A stretch of 64,000 bases of DNA from Podarcis pityusensis (Eukaryota), in NCBI GenBank assembly GCA_964106645.2, contig OZ067042.1; one strand, given 5' to 3'. Shown here in pieces: positions 24,298-39,131 of the stretch (positions within the stretch are counted from its first letter, which is position 1; every line of letters starts with the position of its first letter). The position numbers and the translations under genes are program-made. Under the pieces are notes generated by a model. It searched no databases. It was not told the origin of the DNA and worked only from the letters and a program-made list of their open reading frames with translations.

Positions 24298-27200
24298 ATG
24301 TTGCTGAGGGCTGCCAAGAAAAACCTTGAGGGCCGCCAAAAAGGCACATGGCCCTTCAGCCACACATTGAACCACCCAGAGATACAGTGGTACCTTGGTT
24401 CTCGAACTTAATCCACTCTGGGAGTCCGTTCGACTCCCGAAACCATTCAAAAACCAAGGCACGGCTTCCGATTGGCTGCAGTAGCTTCCTGTGCTCAAGC
24501 AGAAGCCACGTCGGAGGTTCAGTTTCCCAAAAAAGTTTGCAAAACCGAAACACTTACTTCCGGGTTTGCAATGTTTGGGAGCCAAGCCGTTCGAGTACTA
24601 AGGTACCACTGTATATGATTCGATAATTGTGGTCTAAAGTTGATGCTTTTATTAAATGTATTACTGTCCATTTTGACCCATGTAGAAAATATACTTAAAT
24701 GTTTGAAAATGAACAGAAAAGTTTGTCTATCTTTTACTCTGCAGAATATTAAAAAGCTTCTTAAGATACCATACAGCAAATCTCATGTCAGTATGGCAGT
24801 ACACCGGATTGGGAGAACTCTCTTACTAGATGATCTAGATATTCAAGAGCTCTTTATGAGATCATCACAGGTGATAAACTTCGTCGTAGTTATTTCTTTG
24901 GCCATATAGTGTTTCCATTTCTTGTTTAATGTTGCCTTTTCCCTCAATGACATAGGAATTATGGATGTGTAGCTATCTGCTTAGCAATACAATAGCTATG
25001 CTAGAGAGTTTGATACATCTTGGATTATGACCCAGAAAATGTCCATCAGTGCTTGATCTTCATAGAGCCACTTTGTTTTACATTTAGTACTGTTTCTTAA
25101 AATGAAATGCAAGTATCATGTTCTTTGAAATATACACTAAAACAATTATTTAAGAACTTAGATGTTGAAGTTGTAAAAATGTAACTCTTTAAAATAGATA
25201 TGAAATGCTTTATTTTATACAATATCCTGTTCATTGAATATCTTTAGTCAGGTAACTAAAACACTTTACAATATTAATTGTATTCTTTTTTATTTATATT
25301 ACTTAGACTGGAGATTGGACATGGTTAAAGGAATTCTACCAGAGATTAATAGATCAGAAGTGGCAACGAAAGAAGAAGAGCAAAGAACACTGGTACCAGA
25401 AAGCTATACTTTCCAAATTTTTATACTACAGGTATCTTTTGTAATTTTCCCCCATAAACTCTGTTCTGTTTTTTCAAAATTAATTGATCCGCTTTGTGTT
25501 TTTCCTGGTATGCGTCTACGCCTGAAGTAAAAATAAGTTTTTCAAAACTTGTGCCACAAGTTTTTTTTCTACAGAAGACTAATATGGCTGGCCCTTTGGA
25601 ATTTAGCAACCAGTTCATTGTTCTTGAACATTAGCTGAAATGCAGACAAAAGCAAGTGCAAAGTGATCTTCTTGACTCATTCCTCGCGGTTTGCCACCAG
25701 ACAGCATTCCCCATCCTCAAGGGGGGGGGGGGCTTCATTTTTGTCTTTCACAATGTATATTTTATGGTTGTAGGCTGCTGTGGATTTCTTTTTTGGGGGG
25801 GGAGGCAGCAGAATATAAACTTTTAAAAGAATATTGGAGAAGTGCAAGGGCCTGCTGCAAAAGGGAGAGCTTAAAACACCCATGAGTGTGCAGCTGTTTG
25901 AAACTGCATGGTAAAAAATGGGGGGCTTTAAAATGTGGTGTTTTGAACATGATTTATTTTTAATTCCATTTTCCCCCTAAGGGCCAACTATAAGAGCTAA
26001 GGGAATTAAATGATCTTGAGTTAGGGCTGAGCAGTGAGATGGCCAAGTTTGCTGCTGATGCCACATTATTCAGGATGGTAAAGACCAAAAGGGGATTGTA
26101 AGGAGCTCCAAAGGATATAAATAGGCATCAAGAGGAAAATGTGTTCATTGTCAGTGAGTGTAAAGTGATATATATTTGGGTAACCTCCGCCCCCAATTCA
26201 CATATACCCTGAAGGCGTCTGAGCTAGCAGCAGTTGTGGTAGAAAGCTCAGTAAAAAGATTGAACCATGTGTGACAGCTATGAAAAGAGCAAAGTCCATA
26301 TTGTTGTTGGTGGTTAATTTATATACTGCTTAATTACCAAGGTGGCTTCCATGCAGTTTACAGAATAAAATCAATTATAAAAAAAGGTATGCACATAATT
26401 TAAACACAAGATAAAACAATTTTATCACAACATTAAAATGAACGTCACAAGTAAAATGTGCAGAAAAGCAGCACAACAATTAAATCTGTTAAAACGGGAA
26501 ATAAAAAAAGGAGGGTCAGGTCAGGAAATGTCAAGGATAAATAAGGAAAGGTTGTTTAGTGGATGTTTAGTGTTGGCCATTATTTTAATAACACATAAAA
26601 GAAATCAAATAAGGAACTCTCAATATTTGACATCTCTTAGCTTTTTTCAGAATTGTTTGCACAGAAAAGATATACTACTATATTTGGGCTTACCTGTATC
26701 ATGAATCATTGCATTATGTTGCTGTGATCTTCATCTGTACTATACTGCAGTTGTTTTCTTTTATTTTCTTTTTTGTAAAATTTAAATTTAAGAAAATACT
26801 ACATGGGGGGGGGGGAACAAATACTGTACTGACAGACACGTTGGGTGGCCAAAAGCCCCAATGTTGCTATTATCTGCTTCTGGAAATCAAAATAGATGAT
26901 AGCAAATAATAAGATGCGAAAAGAGTCCCAGATGTGTTTGATTTTGATATCATATTAATAGTAACAATAAACAAATACTCAATGTTAAATGGTACGGGTT
27001 GAGAAGTTTCTGACTAAAATTGTAATGTCTGTTTTGTTAGCATCAATGGTGATGGAGCTGCTCAGCCTGTTCCTCCTGAAGAGCAACATCAGGAAGAAAC
27101 AACTGAAGATCAAACTGCCGAAGCAGGACGGGTTTCTTGGCCAGCCCCTTTTGAAATGCCTTCCTCACTTTCTGAAGATGCAAGTGCTTCTAATCAGGTT

Positions 27201-30200
27201 AATTTGGCAGGTGCCTTACTTAGAAAAGCAGTCTTGATGCTTCATAGGCATGCTTGTAAAGATGGTGGCAATATACTAAAAGGAAGAGTAAACAATTATT
27301 TTGCAGTGCCCAGTCCAAATACTGTAAAATAGTTTCCCATGAAATCTTAGTTTACTTTACATAAACAGTTACTATTCAGAAGGGGTCAGGTGGTACGAAA
27401 CTGAGAGCGAATATTTAGAGTGCAATCTTGCATATACAGTTCACCAGGGTTCAGCATTGCTGTGCACCTATGGAGAGGCTTTATTGCGAGCCCGTGACTC
27501 TACTGTCTTAGCTGCCACTGCTGCCTGTTCCTGCCTTTGTGGTGATTGTGTTTGGGCCTAGCTTCAGTCCTCTGCTCCCATCAATGTGTGTATTGCCCAT
27601 GGTGGTGGCAGTGACTCCTCCATTTCTTCCCCCTGCACATCTTCCTGAGCAGTAGAGGGTAAACAGTAGTAGCTGCTGCTGCTGCTGCTGCTGCTGTTAG
27701 TTCATCTGCCACTCAATGAGTCATGGTGGCTGTTAGAAGCAGAAGCAGCTATCACTTGAGAGGGAGCATGGATGGCTGCTGCTAGTCACTATTGCTGGTT
27801 ACCTGTTTGCCAAAGTAAGCTAGTGATTTCCTACTATCTTCCTCTGTTGATGGTAATGGTTGCTCCTTGCAGGAGACATTTTCACGGTCCACTTTGGTGG
27901 CTGTTTGGCGGCAAGCAACAGTTGCAGCTGCCTGCCTCTGTCCATGGGGAGAGGGAACACAACAAAACCTGATGCTAGTCCTGAATGCACACATAGTTGT
28001 GGGAAAGTCCTGTTGAAGTCACTGTGACATACTTCTCAGTTAGCATGCTTTGGATTGCACTGCTTATGGTTTGGTTCGAATGCGTTTCACCACAGATGAC
28101 AAAGCTTGTTGATCAGTTTTCTCACATAGAAAAAAGTTGTGAGAGAAGATTTGAGAAAGATGGACTCTGCTTTCTGTTGTGGTGCAGTTGGAGTTTACAT
28201 TTGTTGCTTGTTTGTTTGTTTGTTTGTTTGGCAGAACTGGCTCAAACTAGATGTTGAGTAATACTATTACCAAAGCTATATGAGGGTTTTATACAACTTT
28301 TTCCTTTTGCCAGAAGCAAATCTAATTTGCAGGCACAGGAACGTCTTCAGAATGGATTAAGCTTGCCAGATTGCAGGTCTGGGAGCTTCTGTGGGAGAGA
28401 TAAAAGAAATTCCTCCATAACTCTTATTAGGGAAATGCCTTTATCAGGCCCGCTAAAGGTGTAAGATCCATATTAGTTTCATGTGGTTTTTGGGGGGGGG
28501 GGGGAGCAGTTGTTTGTTTGTTTCTTATCTTTAAATAATTGAAAGCTGGCTAAGTGTTGTGTGTACTCTTTAGAAAACTTTGCATCTTCAAACTAGCCAG
28601 AAGTCTTTCCAGTACTTGTTTGTGTTGGGAGGACACATCCTCCAAAATGTATTACAGGATCAATCTGTCCCTATGCTGTCTGTTGAATAGCTATGGAGGA
28701 TTTCCCCCCTCAAGCAGAGTAGCATATGATTTAAAAAAAAAAAGTTAAATGAAACTTTAATCTTTTTTTAAAAAAATCAACCACTTCTCATCTTTAACAA
28801 ATAAAAAATAAAAAATTCAGAAATCTTCAGTGCTCTACAGGCAGCATTTTCTTGCAAAATTCATTGTCCTAGAGGAGAGAATCATAGAGAAATAGGAAGG
28901 CATAGAAATATAAAAAACAGAAATACTGAGTGGTTTTGTGGGGGCCCTGATCTGATCTGTAAGTGGTGGTCTGACTTGGGGAGGGGTAAAATCACTCCAA
29001 TTCACCTCAATAATTTGCCCCAGTGCAGGGTGGTTGCACAGTGAACAAGACTTTGACAGTTTGATCATCTGCTACATACGTTACTTAAACCAAGCTTACT
29101 TACTCTCAGCAGTAGAATCACTTATATCCTTGTGCTTTTCACAGGGAAGTGTGCCTCATGAACCCTCATATGTAGTGGGGGATGTGTCCTCAGTCCCCAA
29201 AGAACAAAACCTATCTACTTTGTTCAGTGACGGGGGAAACAGTCAGGTATGGTTTTATGTGGCATCTGATCTAAAAAGTACAATCCCCTTACTCAGTTTG
29301 ATCTATAGGGTAGCTGAGAGAGAAATTTCACTTGTACCAGTTGTTTTGTGACATCTGTGATCTTGACCTTTATTGTGAATGACCAGCATAGTCATTATGC
29401 GCTGTACTTAATTTTCTTTCCTTGAAATTTGCTTTATTGCATTTATGCAGGCTGTATTGTATTTTTCTTTGTGTAAAGAGAATGGTTTCAAATGCTTCAC
29501 TATTTCCTCTGCACATTTAAAGGGTCTTAAAAATGACTTTGTTCGGAACATCTTGTGGACATTTGAAGATATTCACATGTTGGTTGGATCAAATATGCCT
29601 ATATTTGGAGGAGGAAGATACCCAGCTGTGAGCTTGCGTCTCAGGTGAATTACTAATCACTTAAAATCAGTGCAACATATTTTATAAAGCAGACTAATTT
29701 TGCTGTTTGGTTCACTCTGTGTGTCTAGCATGATGGTTAATCGTGGTTTTGCGAGCTGGGACACTGTTTATACTATGGGGTACCTATCACCAGCATTCTG
29801 TCTCTGGCAATCGTTATGTTGTCTGATAAAGATTCTGAGTTCCCACTAACTTGAGGGCCAGAGTCTACTCAGAGTGGCCATACTCAGAGTAGACCCATTG
29901 ATTTCAGTGGGACTACTTTGAGTATGGCTATAGCCCCGTACATTTAATCTTGATTTGACTTCTTTACTACTTTGAAAAGTTATCAGAGTTATTTTGAAAC
30001 CTTTAAACAAACCGTCATCTGTAAAGTGTTATAAAGACTTTATAAGGCCACAGTCCTGTGCACGCTTACCTGGAAATACAATATTTTAATTAATCTCACA
30101 TTTGCAATCTGCCTTGAGATTTTGAGAGAGGCTAGGGTGGAAATAAAAATATTGCCTGTTTAAAAAGCCTTGATGGATTTATTTCCTGTATTTTGATGAC

Positions 30201-33200
30201 ATTCCCTGCTCCTGTTGTTTTGTATTCTTTCCATGTATTTCCCCCAAATATTTATTATTATTATTTATTCAATTTATATACCACTCTTTATCCAGAGATC
30301 CCAGGTTGGTGTACAACATTAAAAACATAATTTACACATCTTCAAAATAAAGACATAATACATGACATAATAATACACAGTATAATTTAAAAAATACTCA
30401 TAATAGCATTACTCCAGATTTAACAGGCCATAGATTATTTAATGGCCAAAGGCCTGGGTAAAGAGGAATGTTTTTGCCTGGCTCCTAAAGACATGTAATG
30501 ATGGCACCAGGCAAGCCTCTATGGAGAGAGCATTCCACAGACGAGGAGCCCCCACAGAAAAGGCCTGTTCTTGCATTATCAACCTCGAGATCTGTCATGG
30601 AGCAGGCACATGAAGAAGGGCTTCAGATGATGATTGCAGGGTCCGAGTCAGTTCATATGAGGCAGTCCAGCACTTTGAATTGGGCCCGGAAACTGATGGG
30701 CAGCCAGTGCAGTCAGGCCAGGAATGGTGTTAATATGCTCAAACCATCTTGCCCTGACTGCCCAATTCTGCACCAGCTGAAGTTTCCAAACCATCTTCAG
30801 AGGCAGCTCCATATAGAACACATTGCAAATAATGTAACCTAGAGGTTACCAGAGCATAGGCAACAAAAGTTAGGCTATCCCTGTCCAGATAGGGGTGTAG
30901 CTGGGCCACCAGCCAAAGCTGACAGAAGGCACTCTGTGCCAAGGCCACCTGGGCCCCAAGTGACAGCAATGGATCCAGGAGCACTCCCAAGCTATGTATC
31001 TGCTCCTTAAGAAGGAGCATAACCCCATCAAGAACAGGCAGTCTCCCATCTATCCAGTCTAGGGAACCACCCAGTAACAGTGCCTCTACCTTATTTGGAT
31101 TAAACCTCAGTTTATTGGCTCTCATCCAGTTCATTACTGAGGCAAGACACCAGTCCAGGACATCAGCTGTCACACCTGTAGTTCTTAAAGGAGAAATAGA
31201 GCTGTGTGCCACATAGGGTGTGTGTGTGTAAACATGTAATCACAGTTCTTTCTTCCGCACAATTGGACTGTGGTGGCTTATGCTTTTCTCACTTCTGGCC
31301 TCTATACCTCACCTGGAGACTACTCTTTCTCCCTACAGGTGATTCCCTAACTTACTGGTTCTTAAAGTGTTGCCTTAGAAATGCTTCTCATAAACTTTTT
31401 TTATTCACAGTCTCAACCTTTTAACACAGTGCTGTAGCCAATACCAGAAAGTAAAAAAGCAGTTCTTGTTTAAAAACCATGTGTTTTGTGCTTTTCTCAG
31501 CCTTTGTATGTACCCTACTGACTAAAATGTATTACAGATACTCTATGAATTTTGAACCTAACTGAAGGGGAACAAAGTTTCTATTTGTAGATTTTAATGA
31601 GTCTGATTCATTTTACTGAAATAACACTACATATATTTCTGTTTGTAGGGATAACAATAAACCAATTAATGTGCTAACTGGCATTGACTATTGGCTGGAC
31701 AATTTGATCTGCAATGTGCCAGAACTTGTGATGTGTTTCCATGTTAATGGAATTGTTCAGGTAAGCTTTAAGTTCTGTTGCTCTGATTACTGTATTTGTT
31801 CTTGGTCAGTAAAATATGATTGCACAATTGTTAAGCCACAGTTTTCAAGCAGGTTTTTTTCACTTAGATGACAACCGGTTTAGGGCATTGGTGTATTGAA
31901 AAGGAATATTTTGTTGATACTACTTCATAAGCACATTCAGACTTGGCAAGAGATTTTAGTGGGCACATTAATAATGAAATTCTTAAACCACAACAAAAAT
32001 ACGAAAGGTGCATTGGGTTAGTGTGTATGACTGTTAACCAGAAGGTTGGTGGTTCAAACCCACCCAGACAAGGTTGTGGGCCAGATTCCTGCATTGCAGG
32101 GGGCTGGATTAGATGACCCTCAGGGGAATGTTCCAACTCTACAGTTTTCTGATTCTAAGAATGCATGGAAGGCAATTACTTCCTTGTAGCATAAACAATA
32201 CTTCTAATTGGTTGTTTTGTTTATTTTAGAAATACGAAATGATTAAGACAGAGGATATACCCAACTTGGAAAACTCAAATTTCTCTACCAAAGTAATAAA
32301 AGATATTGCTCAAAATATTTTATCATTTCTGAAAGCTAACTGTACCAAAGAAGGGCATACTTACTGGCTGTTTAAAGGTGAGCATTTTTCCATTTTTCTT
32401 TAAAGGTAACTTGCAGAATTACCATGATTTAGGGTAGGGAAGATTCCTAGGTTCATAGACAATTGCACAATATATGGTGCCAGTATTTTTGCCTCTTTCC
32501 TGAGGGTCTCTGCTGGGCATCTGGCAATGTAGATTGTGCCCTGTCTCTCCCTTCTTTCTTTACTTCCTCCCTCCCCATAGCATGTGGTGGCAGCATGTTG
32601 TGTGCTCCTGGGGTGCTCTAGGGTGCTCCTGCCACAGACCCATGCTCTGTTAGACTAGGGGCAGCAACCTGGGCTGCTCTGGTAGCTCAGGAAAAGAGCA
32701 ACGTCTTATTACATGCACAATGTACCAACAGACAGGAACAGAATTTTGCTCCCTCTTGTTTTTTGTGCTTCCTTCATTCCTACTTTTGTGATGCTAGGAG
32801 GGAGGGGCTTGGAAGCGGAGCAAGGATTAGGGAGTCTAAACTGAGATCACTCTAGCCATTCTGTCTCGTCTTGTTCTTTCCTTGTTTGATCATACTGGAG
32901 TGTGACCAAAAATTCCAGTTTTTCCTTATTTTATTGTAGGACCCATACTTTTTCAAGCATACACTTATGGAAAAAATATTTTTCTTTCAGCAAGTGGAAG
33001 TGATATCGTAAAGCTGTATGACCTGACCACTCTCTGTGAAGAGACAGAAGATAAATACCAAAACCCCTTCACGATGCCAGTGGCAATTCTTCTTTACAAG
33101 TAAGTTTGCTTTGTATGGTTAGTACTATAAACACAGGAAAAGGTCTGAATGATACTGTTCAGCTTGAGGATTACAACCCAAATCTATGCAATCTGTAGAA

Positions 33201-36200
33201 CACATGGGAGAGTGCTAGGCTTGTAGCCCCACTGCAGGAAGTCAAGAAAGCTAGCATTTCTCTGCTTCTGTACTGGCGTACTTTGCCGTTGTAGCAGGAT
33301 GGTGGCAGAAGTCACTATGGGGATGCTAAAGAGAACTTCATGATATTGGTAGAGAACTATTATGAAGCTGTATTGAGAGAGAAAAAGTGAAGTGGGGCTG
33401 AAAGTGGTTTCTTAACTTCACTGTAAGGCCAGCCAGAGCAATTCAGTGTCCCTCCATGCTGATGAGTGTTGGGATCAGAGTGATTTTTTAAAAACCCTCC
33501 TGCAAATATCAGGGTAAAGCTGATCTTGAAGGGGTACAAAATATATAAGCCTAATTTTCTACTCATCTGTTGTATTCCACAATTCTTTTACAAGTTCTGT
33601 TTTTGTGTTTCTCTTAGCGTTATTAAATTTGAGAATTTTTAATATAAGGGTAGTGTTCATGTTGATGAAGCAGAAGAGTTCTTAACCTTTCAATATATTT
33701 AAATGCATTCCTTCGAGGGGTTTTGAGTTGGAAGCGCAGAAGTAGGAAGTGCAAGAACAAAGTATTTGATTGGACCAATGTCAAGTAAGGTCATGATAGC
33801 CTCCAGATATTATCATTTCTGTATAGTTATGTCCAGAACCAGATGCAGTATTTAATTGTATGATGTAGCCTTTGTCGCAACTAAGGCAAAATTGATTTTT
33901 TCTGGGAATGTGTTTTGAAATAATTTTTAATACAACACACCATATATGAAACTAGCTAATTTGGAAATAATAAATACAAAATTGATAACAGTTGTTTCAG
34001 TAGATGTTGCACGGTCAGTATGAGAGGGCCTTTATAGTTTGCTTTCTGTTCATTTTACTTTCTCTTAGAGTTGCTTGCAATATGATGTTGAAGAAAAACC
34101 AAAACAGGAAGCATTATGGTACTATCAGAACATTACTCCTTAACTGTGTGAAGTTGTTGGACAAGGGTAGACATCCTCAGGTAAGAATTGTATTCTGAGG
34201 CAAATGTTCCCAATACCAGTGACACCTAAAGGGAAAACACTTCATGGAGAGAGAGGTCATAACTAACCCCATCAGAATAGTTAAATGAATTATGCATTAG
34301 TCATTTTATTCCAATGTACAAGTATAGGCTGCATATGCCCTAAGCAAAGCATCTGGAAAATTTATTATATTCACTCCTCTCTCTTGCTCTATTCAGTTTC
34401 AGCAGAAATCCCAAACCATGTGCATTTAGCATTATGTGAATGATCAGAAGCAAACCTTGGGCTCAAGCACTCCCGTTTTAGGTAGTTCAGTAGGATGTGC
34501 ATTTGGGTATGGGTGATGATCTAGGGGAGGGGTGAGTTGAATGGCCAAGAGAGAAGGGAAATTTGGCTTCTTGTAAACATGGTGGTTTGCCTTCTGTTGG
34601 AGCAGAAAACTGGGTCATCAAAAAAGTGGCTTAATCTCTGCCTTGTACTCAGTTTCTTAAAAAGTCAGGTCCATCTCATTCAGTATTGCCTATATTGCTT
34701 GCCAGTGACTCTCCGACAGGGGAGCCCTAAGTGCAGATGCTAAAGACTGAATCTGGGAACTGGTGTTTCTCTCCCCAAAAGGCCTGGCTGTTCTTTATTC
34801 CCCTCCCACACTCCAGACAAGGCTGATAGTTCCATTTTTTTCTTCCTTTCCTAGCCCCTCAGGCTTCATTTTTTTCTTCCTCACATTATCTACCTTTCCT
34901 TAACTTTTAAAGGCATAAAACTTTTAAAGGCATAAAAATGTTGGTGTCTATAACTTTGAGAAACCACTTGAATTGATCTTTCCCCTTTTCTGAATAAAGA
35001 TTATTGCTTCGGCAAACTACATGCTCTCAGAACTGTTCCAGCTTGATGAGCCAAAAAAAGAAGAGGGTGGTGAGTTCCCCTTAAATGGAAATTCTGATGA
35101 AAGCTACAGTGAGGAGGAAGAGGAAATGCCTGATAGTGATGAAAATGGTTCCTATAGTACCAGTTCAGATCCTCCTGATGACAACAAAGCAGTTGCTGTA
35201 ATAAAATCAGTTGGAGAACTGTCTGTACCTGAAAAATACAAATCTACTCATCAAATACGTGTAAGTGTTAACTGGCTCAATTGAGATTGAATTTTGTAAT
35301 AAGACATAATCGTGTTAATTAGCATACCTTTGCCAGGGAAATCAGTATGAGGTAAAGCTTTCCCTCAAATGCCAGCTATCACCACAATACTAAAAAGGCA
35401 TAGAGGAAGGTGTAGGACATTTTCACCATATATATGTATTTGTCTTCCATAGAATAATGTGTGGAAAGTGAATAATTTTTTCTTAATAGTTTATTTCTGA
35501 AGATCTGGGGTTTTCTGAGTGATGTTTTTGAGGAAAATAGCCAGGGTCAAACTAGGGCAGTAGGTCCTGGAAAATAGATGTGGCTGCAGTATGGTGCTTA
35601 TTTAAATGTTTTCAGTCAGTTGTCATTAGCTTAGCTTTATTATATCCTAATAAGAATATTGAAAGCCTGAATCTGTAGCCCTTTTTAAAGATTTAACTTT
35701 ATTGAGAACATAATAATTGATTATTCCTCTAATGGCTTCTGATGAGAGGAATTTCTGTTGAATTCTTCTGATTCAATGGAGCTGTTTTCTTTTGTCTTTT
35801 CTGTGCAGCCTAGTTGTGCATTTCCAGTTTGCCACGACACTGAAGAAAGGTGCAGACTAGTGCTCAACTATGTTCTTGAGGTAAGTTTTGTTTTACTAAT
35901 TGTTTTAATGCATTGTATCCTAACATCCTTTGAAAGTGCAAATAATAACTAAAAGACTTTTTCTTTTTGTTTAAAACAGGGCTTAAAATCTGTAGACAGC
36001 AGCATCAAGAAGGAAAGTGATCTTCCTGCAGCAGATCCCAGCACTCCCATTCCATTAAAGTATGAAGATGAATCAACAAGTGTTGGACCTGAGTGTCTTG
36101 AAAAGCAGATGGCCTTGTTTTTAGACAAAAGTAAGTTTGTCTGACTCCCTCTTCTCAAATTTAGTAGAATGGTTAAAAAAAATGCTTTTTGATATAGATA

Positions 36201-39091
36201 TTTAAGTTCCTATAATTAACCTTTACTAGTTCACATTCTAAATTTTAATTCAAAGATTCCTAAGAATAAATTGCTTTATTTTTTAATTATAGTGGGCTCA
36301 TTTCGGGAAGTTAAACATTCTAGTCAGTCAGGAATGATCCCTGGATCTTGGCAGTACAAAATGAAGCTTCAGCTGATCTTGAAATCCTCAAAGGCTTACT
36401 ATGTTCTCTCTGATGCTGCTGTGAGTCTTCAGAAATATGGGAGAGCATTACGGTACATAAAACTAGCTTTACAGTGCCATGGTAAGTTGGAATATTTTTA
36501 TTGTAGGTTCTAGATATAAAATGGCAATTGGTTATAATACTCAGCCTATGTCTGCACTCTACATTCATGAACAAGAAGGAGCTGCTATGGACTTCCATGT
36601 TTCCCTCCTCTCCTCCTCCTGCAGCTGGGAAAAGAACTTTGGTGGAGTTTAGATTCACCATCCATGACACATGACTTGTTACATACAGACAAAATATTGT
36701 GTATTAAACACTGGTTAGTTACAGAAGTCAGCTATATAATCCATGGTTTGTAGCTGACGTATTTAGAAACTGGCCAGAGTTTGTTTCAGATGGTCAGACC
36801 TAATAAGGCCTACAGACTGGAGATTTCCCAGCACTGTTTTAAAGCCTTCTTTAAAATCACACTTCCAGTACATTCCCTCTACACTCCGGTATTTTGAATT
36901 CATGTGCCCTTAGAGAGATTGCAAGGAACATGTGATGCATTTTACCACATTGAATAAAAAGCTGAAAAGAAGAGGTGATATAGCCCCAGAACCTGGGTGT
37001 GTAATGTTGCTCTAGCCCTGGGGTAGTCAACTTTTTATACCTACTGCCCACTAATGCATCTTTCTTGATGGTAAAATTTCCTTAACCCCCACCAGTACTC
37101 GATGGAAGGAGGATTCAGCTTGTGCCGTAGAACCTCCTACCGCCCACCTAGAATCCTGAAACGCCCACTAGTGGGTGGTAGGGACCAGGTTGACAACCCC
37201 TGTTCTAGCCAATGTACAGTTGTCATTATAATATTTGAGAACACAGCTGTGCTTGGTACTGGCAATCTAAGTTGACAACTTTGAAATTGTATAAATAAGC
37301 ATGCATACATTAATGCTTCCAAAAGATGAGGAGGAAGAGGATTTATTGAATTTATATACCATCCTATATCTGGAGGTCTCAGGGCGGTTCACAGAAAAGA
37401 TCGTACATGTGCACAGTTTCTTTGTGTGGCTTCATATCAAAAAGGTATCCTGTTCACTGGCTTCCTTTCTTACTTCCCTCCAACTAGATACATATTGCTG
37501 CCTCTGCACCAACATGCTTTCTGAAGTACTCCTGTTTCTTTGTCAGAGTTTAACTCTTTGTGGTGATATCCAACTAATGCTGGCCCAGAATGCAAACAAC
37601 AGAGCTGCATATCTTGAAGAGTATAACTATCAAACAAAAGAAGATCAGGAAATACTACATAGTCTTCACAGAGAATCCAGTTGCCAAGGTGATGATTTAG
37701 TATCTGAAATACATTGTATTCAGCTAATTGGTTCTTTATTTACTCCTGATATTTATACACCACATTTCACTGTACAGGATCACAAAGTGGTCTACACAAC
37801 AATCTGTAAAGCAATACATAAAATAATGCTTTGTTTAAAACCAAAGGATACAGGTGGAACCAAAAGGTAAAGGTAAAAACATAAGGGGCATCAACACAGT
37901 TGTAGGTTGGGTTGTATATATTTGTAGCATAGTTTTTGGAAGGTCCTGTTCATAATAGGAGAGAGGTATTTGCAGGTGGAGTCAACATTCTTGGTCAAGA
38001 TGCTGCTGATCCCATCCTTTCTTCTTCCCTTGCTCTGTCTTCTTAAAAGACATGACAAATGCCCTGGACCAAAATAATATTTGCATAAACTTTAAAACAT
38101 ATCACACTTGGCAGAGGATGGAGACCCTTGTTGGTTTCATCCATTGGCAGCAGTTTTTGCTAAAGGTCTCACTAAACTGTAAATTACCATGGCATCTAAA
38201 TACAGACAGTGGTGATAAGACTACACAAGACAAATATAGACAGTGCTGAAGTCCCTGTGGAATGGTAGTTTTCACTCTCTGGATGTCCCCTGCTTAAACT
38301 ACTGAGTACAGGTGTTGGCTTCACAGCTGCAGGGTTCAGACAATTGCTCCACTCCTTTGAGGAATGGGGGTTATGGGGCCAGGTGAGCTAGTCCTGCCCT
38401 TGTCACCATGCCCCATTTTCTGCATGTAAAGAAGGGCCTCTGTGGGTAGCAGTCATCTGTACAAGGGGAGTGCTTAACTGTGTGGCCCCACAACTGAACA
38501 CCCACTCGCCCCGAATAGGGCATAGAGAGAATTTCATTATTTCTAACCATATAGTATCACTTTGCAATGAATGCTTGAGACACTTGTGCAGCAATGCTCC
38601 AGACAGTACTCAAAATGAAAATGGCCACAGAAAGGTTTTTTCCGCATTCATAAAATTAAATCAATATAAAGTATTTTTATTACAAAACCATTCATTTTGC
38701 AGAGCTTTTAAAAGCTGTAAAGTTCTTTATACACAGATTATAATCTTTTGAGTAGCTTTTGTTAATTGTTTCGAATACACTTTTATGGTTCTTTAGAAAT
38801 AGTGATATAGCAAAAATTTACAGTGGTGTGTTAATTTTCTCTTCTAGTATTTTCTTGGGCTACTGACTTGTCTACAGATTTGGAATGCCAGCTTTCAATT
38901 AGCTGCAAATGCTATGAGGCAGCTAATGAAATTTTGCTTTTTAGTAATTTAAAAGGGCAGAATCCAGAACAATATACACAAGTGCTGAAGAGAATGGGTA
39001 ACATCCGAAATGAAATTGGAGTATTTTACATGAACCAAGCTGCTGCTTTACAGAGTGAAAGAGGGGGCAAGTATATATATCTCGTTCTATT

Positions 39092-39131
<40 letters not shown>

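Noticed and set aside
34902-34935. 17-bp tandem duplication upstream of EDRF1 exon 13
   Set aside because: Ordinary slippage duplication with no evidence of function.
37301-37870. 189-aa ORF
   Set aside because: EDRF1 exon 17 read through into flanking intron; not a separate gene.
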